Shown: positions 12,006 to 24,245 of the stretch, piece by piece
How positions within the stretch are numbered: position 1 is the stretch's first letter
Layout: every line of letters begins with the position of its first letter
Assembly (NCBI GenBank): GCA_965153455.1
Contig: OZ234493.1
Location: forward strand, 36,818,213 to 36,882,212
Direction of reading: 5' to 3'
Source of the DNA: Sphagnum compactum
Taxonomy: Eukaryota
Length of the DNA: 64,000 nucleotides
Notes under the pieces: model-generated
Database searches by the model: none
What the model was told of the DNA's origin: nothing
What the model saw: the letters and a program-made list of their open reading frames with translations, nothing else
Translations under genes and position numbers: made by a program

Positions 12006-12653
12006 CGGGCAACTTCAACACCGGCGCCTTCATCAAAATGCCCTTCAACGTTCCAAAGGCTTCGTCGCATGCTTCATCCCAATCATAAGTGACGGCGGAC
12101 TTCTTCAAGAGGTTTATCAAAAGGGCCGCTATTCTCGCAAAGTTCTTTATGAACTTGCGATAATAGGAGGCCAATCCTAAAAAGGATCTCAAGGCGGGAA
12201 CCGAGTTAGGCGGCTCCCAATCCAAAATCGCCTTGACCTTGTGATCATCCATCATCAAACCATCTTGAGTTATCCTATGTCCAAGGAAATCCACTTCCGT
12301 CACCCCAAATTCGCACTTCTCAAGCTTGGCATACAACTTATTTTCCCTTAGCCTTTGGAAAACCTTGCGAAGGTGCTCCGCATGCTTCTCCATGGAGCTA
12401 CTATAAATCAAAATGTCGTCTATGTAGACGACCACAAAATCATCAAGCCATTCGCGGAAAATGTCATTCATGAGGGTACAAAATGTTGCGGGTGCATTGG
12501 TGAGCCCAAAGGGCATCACCAAGAACTCGTATGACCCATACCTTGTGCGACAAGCGGTCTTTTCTTCGTCCCCTTCCGCGATCTTTATTTGGCAATATCC
12601 CGAACGTAGATCAATTCTACTAAAAACCTTGGCTCCCAAGAGACGATCAAATA

Positions 12654-13743
12654 TGACGCGCTCCCAAGTTCCTTGTGGACCCACTCGAGGGTCCAAGTAT
12701 GCGGCAATGCGGAAGCGGTTGGAACTTGGAGCCGCTCCCTAGCTCACAACACTTGAGGGGTAGAAGGGTGTGTTGGAGCTCCGGGATGGGACTAGGAAGA
12801 GTTGACAAGCTTGACTCACTCACACGGACCCTCCATTAACCACTCCAAGTGGTTAGTCCAAAGTTGGAGCACCTTTGGTGCTAGGAAGAGCCACGGCCCG
12901 GACCTTGGGGAAGCCATCACCTTCCCCCTTGGGACTCATGTTGAATCCTTTTTGGTGTTGGGACAAGCCACGGGTGAACTCGGACTCACTTTGAACACAC
13001 ACACACTCCGGGCTCGGGAGTAAGCCACCACCTCACTCCCTTTGGTGGGGAAGCCAGCACCTTCCCCCTTGGGGAAGCCAACCACTTCCCCCCTTATAGT
13101 ATACTCTGTGACTCTCCACGGAGGCTACATCCAAATGGCTATTTTTCCCGGGACTCCCGCGTGGGAGTCCCGAAATCGCGCCAAATGGGACTCCCGCGAC
13201 TTTGGAGCCCCATAACATTGCGAGCAGACCTCGGATCGCGATGCGGTCTGAAGCAAAGTTGTAGATCTCGTCGAGACCTTTCCAACGGTATGTCGCACGT
13301 CCTCTGCAGCCCAGTATTTCGGGTCGATTCCCGACTTTTAGTGGTCGGGAGTCAAAACTGGACGACTCCCGGGAATTCGACTCCCGGGCCTTCTTTTGGC
13401 CATAACTTGTGTTTCAGATGTCCAAATGAGCAATGCGAGCCCATTTTGGACATCTACACTTCAAGTGCTTTCCATTGATATAAAGTGCAAAACAAGCCAT
13501 GGAGTTTTGACCCCTCAAAACGCTCTCTGAAGTTTCGGGAGTCCCTCCGGGACTCCAACTCTCACCAACTCCCAACGTGGGAGTTCACTTGGGAGTGTGA
13601 GGGTTCACTCCCTCACACTCTCTGGACTCTTTGCACTCCTTGCACTCCCGGGAGCATGTGATGTGCCTCCCGGGTCTACTACTAGGCCCGCAACCTCACA
13701 ACCCCCTTGCCTTGGTCGCAAGCCAAAGGCTAGGGTTGCGACA
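12654..13743 (-). mobile_element. Solo LTR, family B (about 1090 bp), inserted in the RT of copy 2
   Basis: Near-identical reverse complement of 9040-10127, TSD AAATA (12649-12653 and 13744-13748). Confidence 0.95.
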
Positions 13744-15743
13744 AAATAGATCATGGATGCGAGGTAAAGGATAACGGTTTTTCATCGTTGCCTTATTAAG
13801 TGCTCTATAATCCACACACATCCTCAAAGTCCCATCCTTCTTGTGAACAAAAAGGACGGGTGCCCCATATGGTGACTTGCTTGGTTTGATGTAACCTTTC
13901 GCGAGGAGTTCCTCAAGTTGAACCTTGAGTTCCTTCAACTCCTCGTGGCTCATTCTATATGGGGCCTTGGCGGGCGGTTCCACTCCCGGTATCACTTCAA
14001 TCGCATGATCAACTCGTCTTCTCGGGGGCAAGTCTTCGGGCAACTCTTCGGGCATCACATCCGGGAACTCTTGTAAGACTTGCTTTATGCACTTGGCGGT
14101 AGTCACCAACTTGGTGGCTTCCTTGGGCTCATACTCGTCCAACACCCGCATGACACACATCATGCCGAAACCCCCCACGCATTCTCTTTCCCAAGCTTTT
14201 TCTAACATGAAATGGATGATGGAACCACCCACACAAGGCAATTCATGTGCCTTAACTCGCACAATCCCACTTTTAGATGGGATTCTAATCAACCTATTGT
14301 GCCCTTCTATGAGCACATTGTTTTGGGTGATGAACTCCATTCCGAGAACGCAATCCATTCCACCCAAGGTGGAAACCAACAAGTCCACCTTTCCTCTCCA
14401 ATTTCCCAATTGGAGAGGCACTCCCTTTGCTTATAGTGTAGTTGGATGGGGAACCCCATCCGCGAAATGCACCTCAATGGGTGCCTTGAGCTCCTCCAAG
14501 TGGAGCTCCATCCTTTCGGTGCTCTCCCGAGTTATGAAGTTGTGGGAGGCCCCTGTGTCCAAAAGACATAAGATTTCTCGTTTAGCAATCTTCCCTTTCA
14601 AGAATATAAGTCGATTGCATTCCGGTTGGGCTAAAGTGGCATTGAAAGCAAGTACCTTAGAGCTCCCAACCCCCGTTTTGGATTTGGGACAATCTTTGGA
14701 GTAATGCCCCACCTCGTTGCAATTGAAACATGCACCCTTGGGCTTTGCTCCAAAGTCTCCCTTGGTTTGGCTCCCTTTGAAAGGAGCCCCTTTTTTCACG
14801 AAGCTACCTTTTGGCTTGAACCCCGAGCCTTGGAATTGTTTTGGCTTATCCTTGGTTGGGCTACCTTGCCCCCGGTTCCATTCCCCCTCATGCCTCGGCT
14901 TTTTGTGAAGGAACTTGTTGTCCTTCTTGAACCCGGATTTGTCGCTCCGCCCCACATCCGAGAAGTTCTCCACTTTCGTGATGGCCTCGGATAATGAGGC
15001 GGGCCAACTCTCCTCAAGCTTTCGCTTGGCCCAAGTCGGAAGTCCCATCACGAATTGGCACACACGATCCAATTCGTGCATGTGCCGGATCTCCAGCATG
15101 AGCTCGGAATAAGCCCTCACATATTGCCTCAAGTTCTCATTTGTGGCATTCACAAGATCTCGAAGCTTGCACCTCGAAATGTAGTCGGAGTTCCTCGGAA
15201 CAAACTCCGACTCAAGGCGCTCCTTAAAGAACTCCCACGTATAGCCATGGTTCTTGCCCTCCTCTTGTCTTACCGTCCGCCACCATGTGGCGACGTAGCC
15301 CTTCAAGTAGGATTGGGCAAACTCCACGTCAGAATTCCGTCCAACCTTGGCGGCATGGATATAATCGTCCATTTCCGCAAGCCAAGCATCCACCACCTTA
15401 CGGTCTTGGGCGCCATCGAAATTCCCGGGCTTGGCCGGTTGAAACCTTTCACCTTTGGAGGCCCCCGTTTTGAGGGCCGCCACCCACTCACCAAAGTCGG
15501 GCCTATTCATCTTGAGGAGGACTTCAAGTTGCTCCGGGGTGAATAGGACCGAGCTCCGTTGTTCCTCCTCACTCTCGGGTTCAACCTCGGGCTCATCTTG
15601 GTCCTCCCGGAAGTTTGGTTCCTCCCCAATTGATTCCGGCGGGGCTACTAGGTCATCGACGGGCTCCTCGGACCTAGGCTCTGGGGCTAGCTTCCGGTTC
15701 TTCGTGGGTGCCATCCCAAAAATGTCGTTCAGCTTCACCTTGT

Positions 15744-15755
15744 GCTCTGATACCA
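15744..15755 (-). promoter_or_regulatory. Primer binding site (tRNA-iMet) of copy 2
   Basis: GCTCTGATACCA on the + strand, 2 nt from the LTR. Confidence 0.92.
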
Positions 15756-15757
15756 CG

Positions 15758-16577
15758 TGACGCGCTCCTTGGTCCCGGGGTGAACCCACTTGAGGGTTCA
15801 CTAATGTGAAGTTGCGGAAAGTGGGGACCCAAGGGCACGCTCCCGACTTCCAACTCTAGAAAGGGGTAGAGGGTCGAGTTGGAAGCCCCGGGATTAGACT
15901 AGGAAGAAGGACTAATAGATCAAGCACAAATCTGCATCCAAAACCAACCACAAATGGGTTAGTTCACATTCGGGAACACCCTTGGGTGTTGGGACAAGCC
16001 ACGGGCACTTCGGACTACTTGACTCACCACGGCCCGGACTTGGGGGAAGCCACCACCTTCCCCCTTATAGTTATCTCTGCAGCTCACCACGGAGGCTACA
16101 TCCAAATGACACATTTTGTTGGGACTCCCGAAATGGAGTCCCGAAATTGTCCCGGCGGGACTCCTGGGACTTTGAACGGTCATAACTCCTGATTCCAAAG
16201 TCCGATCGCAACGAGGTCTAAACCAAAGTTGTAGCCCTCGTCGAGATCTTTTCAATGCCATGTCGCACTCCCTGAGGCGACGTCGAAAAAGGGTCGATTC
16301 CTGACTTTTAGTGGTCGGGAGTCAAACTGCCAGTTTGACTCCCGGCCCTTCTTTTGACCATAACTTGGGCTGCAGATGTCCGAATGGCCAATGCGAGGCC
16401 ATTTTCGATATCTACGTTTCAAGACCTTTTCAATGACACCAAGAACACCCCAATGCGAGGTGTTTTGCCCCTTGCTGTCGAGCTCTGAACATTCGGGAGT
16501 CCCCGAGGACTCCAAACCTCCAACTTTTCCAAGTGTTGGGCTTCACCCCCACACTTGGACAAAGTGGGGTTGCGACA
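15758..16577 (-). repeat. 5' LTR of copy 2 (family A)
   Basis: Direct repeat of 6619-7438; outer end GGTTGCGACA followed by the TSD. Confidence 0.96.
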
Positions 16578-19569
16578 CCATTCCTTTTCCAACATTAAGG
16601 TAGATGTAAACTATAGTGGTTCAAAAGTGGCAAGAATCCTAATTATGATTCTTAATTTTTGGAAAAAAATCATCTAAAAATTCTCAAATCTTTTTTGGTT
16701 CTTTCATTACACCTTATGATTCTTTGGGTTTTTGAAATACCTAGAACTAACGATTATTTGAATCTGAGTTTTTTCAAATTACCCAAACCCAACGATTATT
16801 TGATTATGAAAATTTCCAAATACCTAGGCCTAATGGTTATTTGATTTTGAATTTTTTCAAATGCCCAGAACCAATGGGTCTTACAAAAATCAAATATTCA
16901 ACCCACATTAGCTGATTCCCTTATTATTGTGCATTTTGGTAGCCCCACTTGATAATTACGTAGTTCCGATGCTTCAATCCTCTTTAACTTTACTTTGAAA
17001 TAATTATTATTATCATTGTTGGATGGGTATTTATTTCATTGATAACCACTATTACAATTATTGTTTCGAAAATCAACTAAGCACATATTCTAGTGTTTGT
17101 TGAAAAATTAAATTTTAAAAAATTTGAAGATATAACCATCTATGAGTGGTAGAGAATATGGTCATCTGTGTGTTCAGGGACCATCAAGGGCTTAGTATTC
17201 CTGAACATGTAGAAACACATGTATAACATGTCCCTAAATATGCGTATGTCCATTGCTGTTGTTCAAACTGCTCCTTAATTTTTGGTTTGGTTTTCTCTTC
17301 TCTTTAAGGTTGAATTTTTTCTTTTTTCATGCCTGCCTGCTGATTGTTGCTGTTATTTATTTCAGATCTTATATATATAATTTCTTCTTTCAAAGAAATT
17401 TGATATGCCCCAAAATCGTAGACCTTACAGGAGCTGGATAAACGTTGGGCTGCACTCGGGTTTTTTAAACTAACGTTCTATGATGAAGTAACCTCCCAAT
17501 GTGCTGACAGCTAACCTTTGGTGATGTTTGCCTTCACATCTCAGGAAAAACAAAACCGAGAGTGGATGGGTTTACTCAAAATCCCACAAACCACAACTTC
17601 TCCCTCCATTCCTCGCCTCAAAGACCCATCCCTTCCACTTCCACCAAAGGAAACATAGCTAAAAAAAACCAACACTAATACACAGAACAACTCAGCAGCA
17701 TCAGCAGCTGCAGCGCTAGGGAGACAAAACAGACAAACAACCTCAAAAGATCTACCGCAACAACACAAAACTTCCAGGTGTTCTTCTATGGATAACGACC
17801 ACAAAGAAGACACAGGCCTCACAGCCCAACAACAAACCTATTAGATGAAATGAGAGAGTAGGAAAAAAGGGAAACAAAAATGGGAAGCAGAGTGCCACAA
17901 AATGGGTACCTTTTTTTTAGCGGGAAGAAAATAGATGCGAGAGTAGCGTGAAGAAGCAGCAGGAGGAAGAGGAGGAGAAGCCGGAGAAGACGACGCTGGA
18001 TCCTTTCGCAGCTCACTCACAACTCTCAGGAAGAAGGTTCATACAGAGTGCAAAAGAAAAACCTGCCTTCAAATATCACCCAAGGTCCTTGATGATTATA
18101 TCAATTGAATAATAACATCAGCAGCAGCAGGGCAACGGGACCCCCAACCTCCTTCTCCCCGCTTTGCTTCACTTCAGAAGGCAGCGTGGCCGTGTGGATG
18201 CGAGAGCGTGGAATCCGTACGTCAAGGAGGGATGGGAGGAGGCGGCCTAAAATTTTTTTACAAAAATTCTTGGCCGGCAGACAATAGGCAGGCAGATCAT
18301 TGGGTTCCTTGATTCTCATCCGCACTGCGACATGGCAGATCGGTCGCATCACATCGCATCGCATAATCACTTCGTCGGAGATTAAAAAGCCTAAGATCAA
18401 CTGCTAATGAGATGTGAGGAGCTCGCGAGGGCGGCGAGAGGCCATCCCGCACCCACATGCATACGGACACGTGTCCCACCCTTCGACTTGACGTCCGTCT
18501 GTCCGGAATCAAGGGAAGGAACTTTCTTCCTTTACAATATAAGATGATATTGCTAGCACATGCAGAGCGTGCCAACAACAATAAAAAATTAGAAAAGTAG
18601 GTGTTGTCTTTTATTGGAACAACAACACTTTCATATATATATATATACATTTTTGTCCAAATGTTTTTCCTGGATAAGACTCATCCAAATCTGGATTGTG
18701 GGTATTGATGTTCTAGATAGATTACAGCAAATGTAATCTTACACCAAATTTGGGTTTACAAGTTAAAATTTTCAATAAACTTTGTAAAATGAAGCTCTTT
18801 ATTCAAACCTAGGGAAAGGGAAAACAAACAGGCCTTGGGTAAAGCCGCAGCTAAACTGGTAAAATGGCCAAGAAAATAAATCCAAATTGATTTATGAACA
18901 TTACAAATTTCCCGAGTTTTAATATTTAAAGGGCTGGGGCTCTCGAGTCCAAATTTAAGATTTTGCAGGTTAAATATATGCACTAAGAAGCCTCAATCAT
19001 CTTTCAACTTTTCATTTTTTTTCACAAGCAACAAAGTTGGAACATATTCATATGGACATTGATTTAAACATTGATTTTCGTCCTCTAATGTTATTGTATG
19101 CACAAAGAAAACAACTCTTTCACTGTGGGTACACATTTTTTAATGGTTTTTTGATTTTTTTTAAATTATTTTTCTCAAAGAACTAGAACCAACGGTTCTT
19201 TCACAAATTCAAAGATCTGCACAACTCTGTTAATAACTAACCCCTAGTCTCTTCTTCTTCTTCTTTGGGAACGTGGAACTGGCGGGTAAATTCGGGTATA
19301 TGTATTTCTTAACTGGTGAGTGTATGAAATCAAAGAAGCGGTTCTGACCCTTCACGGCTAGGCTAGTTCTCAAAAAAATCATACAACTGGATTTGACCCC
19401 TTAACCGGGGTTCTCAAAAAATCAAAAATCAAAGAACCTATCCTAGACAACTGGATATTTGCCGATTCTTTCATCATAACTACTCAGACTACTTTCAATT
19501 TTGGAACTATTAAAGAACCAGAACCAAAGCTCCTTTGAATTATGATTTTTTTAATAATTTTAAAAAAAA

Positions 19570-19885
19570 AAACCCAGAACCAAAGGTTCTTTTGTCTTGT
19601 GAATAAATTAAATACCCGGAACGAAAGGTTCTTGATTTATGAATAATTCAAAAACCCAAAACCAACAGTTCTTTTGATTTGTGAATAAATTAAATACCCA
19701 GAACTAAAGGTTCTTTGATTTGCAAACATGTTAAAAACCCGCAATCAAAGGTTCTTGGATTTGTGAAAATATGTATATGAAAAACCTGCAACCAAAGGTT
19801 CTTTGATTTGTGGATATATTAAAAACCCAGAAACAAAGGTTCTTTGATTTGTGAGTATACTAGAAATCCCACAACCGGAGGTTAA
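19570..19885. repeat. Degenerate tandem repeat, unit about 40-45 bp, about 8 copies
   Basis: Recurrent AAACCCAGAACCAAAGGTTCTTTGATTTGTG-like unit at about 19571, 19612, 19651, 19693, 19735, 19781, 19822 and 19865. Related units lie at about 16730-16880. Confidence 0.75.
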
Positions 19886-20870
19886 TTTTAAAAATTTGAG
19901 AATTGCCCCCAACACTGCTTGAAACCAGCGCTTTGGGACCTGATGATTAGTACTTACAGAGTATTCCTCCCTCGTTCTTCTTCTTCTTCTTCTTCTTACA
20001 ACAACAAACAAAGCAGCTGCCGGAATTCTTCCCACTGTCAGAAGCAAGAAAAGAAGTACCGGAATGCTCCTGCTGCTGCAGTTGCAGTCAGGACTGAGGA
20101 CTAGTAGTGCTCACAATTTTGAATGGAAGAAGCAAGAATTTGAATACTAGTGGGAAGTGTGAAGACGATGAAGAAGAAGATATAAGTACTTTCTGATTGC
20201 TGAACAGCATGGCTCAGCTTACATAACTTACTACCAGACACAGCAGCCAAGCTGATTGAAATGATAGTTTTGGTGATCGAGTGAAGTACCTTACAACAAT
20301 GCTAAGTTCCAACAACAACAACAAAGACTTGCAATTGCAGGGCAGCAGCAGCAGCAGCAGTGCAGTAAAGCAGTTCCCAGAACTAACTCTCTTCTGCCTT
20401 TTCTGATGTCTCTCTCCGACTTTTCACATTAAAAGTGGGCATATGTATCTGTCATGTATCATCCAATCTTTTGAATCTGAAATGTTGTGTCCTTTTGTTT
20501 TTCTAGAGTATAACCACTTGCTTGCTGTAAAGCATGATCTATTAGAGTCATCCCTAAAGTAACCCTGTCTTTGGGCCTCCTTTCACCCCCTATCCCCTCT
20601 TTCAATCGTATTTGCAAAGTGAAGACATTTTAATGAATCTCAGAACGAAATGTTGAAACTCAACATCTAATGCACAAGGTTGGGGACTAATTATAGTAGT
20701 TGTACAGGTAAGAGGAGGGAAAATATATGTAGCAGCAGTGTAGGCGTTCAGGAAAAAGGAAAGATAGGATGAAACTCAATTTACCACCAGAATTGATGGT
20801 TTTCTAAGTTTCAACCCCCCTCGAATGCTAATGTAATTTCTTGCGTTTTTTTCTTGAATCTCACCCTCTG

Positions 20871-21690
20871 TGTCGCAACCCCACTTTGTCCAAGTGTGGG
20901 GGTGAAGCCCAACACTTGGAAAAGTTGGAGGTTTGGAGTCCTTCGGGACTCCCAAATGTTTAGAGCTCGACAGCAAGGCCCAAAACACCTCGTATTGAGG
21001 TTTTCTTGGTGTCATTGGAAAGGTCTTGAAACGTAGATATCGAAAATGGCCTCGCATTGGCCATTCGGACATCTGCAGCCCAAGTTATGGGCAAAAGAAG
21101 GGCCGGGAGTCAAACTGGCAATTTGACTCCCGACCACTAAAAGTCGGGAATCGACCCTTTCTTGACGTCGCCTGAAGGAGTGCGACATGGCTTTGGAAAG
21201 ATCTCGACGAGGGCTACAACTTTGGTTTAGACCTTGTTGGGATTGGACTCTGAAATCGGGAGTTATGACCGTTCAAAGTTCTGGGAGTCCCACCGGGACA
21301 ATTTCGGGACTTCATTTCGAGAGTCCCAAGAAAATGTGCCATTTGGATGTAGCCTCCGTGGTGAGCTGTAGAGAATACTATAAGGGGGAAGGTGGTGGCT
21401 TCCCCCGAGTCCGGGCCGTGGTGAGTCTTGTGTGTAAAAGTGCCCGTGGCTTGTCCCAACACCCAAGGGTGTCCCGAATGCTAAACTAACCTCTTGTGGT
21501 TGGTTTTTGGATGCAGAGTCACACAAGCTAAGCTAGTCCCTCTTCCTAGTCTAATCTCGGGGCTTCCAACTCGACCCTCTACCCCTTTCTAGAGTTGGAA
21601 GTCGGGAGCATGCCCTTCGGTCCTAACTTTCCGCAACTTCACGTTGGTGAACCCTCAAGTGGGTTCACCCCGGGACCAAGGAGCGCGTCA
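20871..21690 (+). mobile_element. Solo LTR, family A variant (820 bp)
   Basis: TGTCGCAACCCC...GCGCGTCA, TSD CTCTG (20866-20870 and 21691-21695). Confidence 0.95.
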
Positions 21691-22434
21691 CTCTGTATGA
21701 CGAAACTGAGGGTTCTGGTGTTGTGTTTGTCTTACTTTACGGATAACTCTATTGCATGAATTATATTATGAGGTTTGCTTATTAATGTACAGTACCCCAT
21801 AGTTCATCACAAAATAAAATTCTTTATGTTGTTGAAGAAAGGTCTACTTTTGTTTTGCATTGCCCAAAATTAAAAAACAAAAATAAACTCTTCACTGGCG
21901 ATTTCCAAATCAAGAGGTATTGTGATTATATTTGATTTATAATGGGCAGTTATTAATCTATTTCTCTTTTCTCTGGGTCGTGTCAAAGTTTGGTGAACAT
22001 CACACATCAAACGAAGGAGTGCTGTTGAACACCTGCAAGGATCACACTATGGCCATCATGATCCTTTGAGGGTCTCTTTCCAATAGGCCAATGTGATCAT
22101 AGTTACACACAGAATGATATAGTCATGATGGAGTAATCCGAAAGAGAGTCACTGAAATGGAGCCCTGTTTCTCACTGCACGGACAAGCACCTCACTAGAG
22201 AGTTCCAATGTGGTCTGGAAATCCCTAGGTAATTATTGTTGAGAAAGTTAGGAATTTTTCACCAGGAAGCACGTAGGTTGACTTTGTGGAGTGATGAGTG
22301 CGCACCTTCTTTCCTTATTAGAAACTAGTTCGAACCATGTGCCTACATTACAGTCATAAGGTCAGAGGCTGGAGGCTGTTTGACGACAACAAGAACCCAG
22401 CGTATGAATGCCAGGCTGTTTTAGCCCAATGTTT

Positions 22435-23241
22435 CAGACCTTCTACCACTACAAAGTTAACTACTTTAACTATTTTTTTTCATATTCGGGTTGTGACAAT
22501 CTCTAAGTTAACTATTTTTTTTCATCTTCGGGTTGTGACAACCTTTAAGTTAACTATTTTTTTTCATCCTCGGGTTGTGACAACCTTTAAGTTAACTATT
22601 TTTTTTCATCCTCGGGTTGTGACAACCTTTAAGTTAACTATTTTTTTTCATCCTCGGGTTGTGACAACCTCTAAGTTAACTTTTTTTTTTCATACTCGGG
22701 TTGTGACAACCTCTAAGTTAACTTTTTTTTTTCATCCTCGGGTTGTGACAACCTCTAAGTTAACTATTTTTTTACTTCCTTGGATTTTCATTCCTCGGGT
22801 TACCACTTAGTGTAGTTAGTGGCTTTTTAGTGCCAAAAATTTTTAATGGTAGAAGGTTTGCAAGGGTTGCCAGCAGAAATTCTTCAAAAAATTTCCACTA
22901 CAGTAGTTAACTACAGTAGTTAACTAAGTTAACTTTTTTTTTTTCATCCTCGGGTTGTGACAACCTCTAAGTTAACTATTTTTTTTCATCCTCGGGTTGT
23001 GACAACCTCTAAGTTAACTATTTTTTTTCATCCTAGGGTTGTGACAACCTCTAAGTTAACTATTTTTTTTCATCCTCGGGTTGTGACAACCTGTAAGTTA
23101 ACTATTTTTTTTCATCTTCGGGTTGTGACAACCTTTAAGTTAACTATTTTTTTTCTTCTTCGGATTTTCATTCCTCGGGTCACCACTTAGTGTAGTTAGT
23201 GACGTTTTAATGCCAAAATGTTTTTAGTGGTAGAAGGTCTG
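22435..23241. mobile_element. Non-autonomous hAT-type element (MITE) filled with a 42-bp tandem array
   Basis: 17-bp perfect TIR CAGACCTTCTACCACTA / TAGTGGTAGAAGGTCTG and 8-bp TSD CAATGTTT (22427-22434 and 23242-23249). About 12 copies of AAGTTAACTATTTTTTTTCATCCTCGGGTTGTGACAACCTCT in two blocks. Confidence 0.92.
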
Positions 23242-23779
23242 CAATGTTTTAGGCTCCAAACTCGAAGATCGCGAATTCATGTCGTAGTATCCACAACCCG
23301 GCTAGAATGAGGTGGGACCATTTCATAAAGGTCAAGCTTTTTTCATTCATTCATCGTGTTTTAAAGCTCGTGGTGGAGTTAATTTTTGCTCAAAAGTGCC
23401 AAGTTTGCAAGATATAGGAAATTTGGGGTTTTTGTGTTGGATGGGCATCTTGACCGAATTGCAGTTTTTTTCCTTATATTTGGAGGTGGCCTATACATAT
23501 GATCTGGGCATTACGCCCGTAAGGTTGCAGGTCGGAGGCTGTTTGACCACCAAAAACATACTGTAATGCCAAGCTGTTTGAGCGTAACGTCAGGCTTTTT
23601 TCTTTTGACTTTTTTCATTTTTTGTTATTTTTTGTTACTGCTTGTAACTTTTATAAATTATTTTTTGCTGTCAAAGGTTCATTGTTTGTTACTTTTTTTT
23701 ATTACTCGTAATTTTCTTGAATTATTTTTTACTATGGAGAGGGGCCAGGGGAATCGTTTTATTATATTTATTCATTGTT

Positions 23780-24245
23780 GAAAAGGGGGGGGGGGGGGAA
23801 GGGATGTGCCTTGATTTTTTTTTTGGTTTATTTTATTCTTGAAGAGGAGGGGGGGGGGTACAAGTTAATGTTTTTCTTTTTCCTCCTTCATTTGACACGT
23901 GGAAGGAAGAGGGGAAGGGGGTTGGTTTTTTTTTCCTTGAAACCATTTTTTCATCGTTGAGTGGCTAGGGAGGGGGGGCCAAGGGTTTAGGGTATATATA
24001 ATATATGTTGAAAGGGGATGGGAGGGAAGGGGGTTGATTTTTTTACTGTGGAGCGGGAGGGGGTGAAGGTTTATGTTTTTTTTTTCTCCTCCTTCATTTG
24101 ACATGTGCAAGGAGGAGGGGAAGCAGGTGAGTTTTTTCGTAGAACTTTTTTTTTCATTATTGAATGGCTAGGGAAGGGGGCCAGGGTTTATTTTTAAAAA
24201 AATATGTTGAAGGGGGGATGAGAGGGGGAGGGGGTTGATTTTTGG
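23780..24245. repeat. G-tract/T-tract imperfect tandem duplication; a related fragment lies at about 62470-62575
   Basis: The blocks CCTCCTTCATTTGACA..GGAAG and TGGCTAGGGA.GGGGGCCA.GGTTTA occur twice here. TTTCATTATTGAATGGCTAG also occurs at about 62540. Confidence 0.6.

Larger units (their letters stand above)
8217..15714 (-). pseudogene. gag-pol of copy 2, split by three insertions and two nonsense changes
   Basis: ORF fragments 14431-15801, 13696-14421, 11980-12696, 10180-11205 and 8217-9152 rejoin colinearly with copies 1 and 3 once the solo LTRs are removed. Stops at 14431-14433 (CAA>TAA) and 10180-10182 (TGG>TGA). Confidence 0.95.
6619..16577 (-). mobile_element. Chromovirus copy 2, full length, carrying three nested solo LTRs
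   Basis: Two LTRs (6619-7438 and 15758-16577), TSD CCATT at 6614-6618 and 16578-16582, PBS 15744-15755, PPT 7439-7450. Confidence 0.97.

Noticed and set aside
9040-13743. Inverted family-B LTR pair as one composite element or an inversion
   Set aside because: Each LTR has its own matching TSD and the intervening pol sequence keeps its orientation, so these are independent insertions.
17150-18500. Possible promoter, 5' UTR and first exons of a minus-strand host gene (CT-rich leader, CACGTG at about 18468)
   Set aside because: I could not assemble a credible coding frame, so support is too weak to call a gene.
19960-20400. CTT/CAA/CAG microsatellite-rich leader with ATG at about 20209
   Set aside because: The frame stops after five codons and no domain is recognisable.
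22460-23190. 42-bp palindromic repeat array as a CRISPR array, or ORFs 22337-22810 and 22957-23190 as repeat proteins
   Set aside because: Units are contiguous with no unique spacers, there are no cas genes and the context is eukaryotic. The ORFs are a by-product of a 42-bp unit inside a TIR/TSD-bounded MITE.
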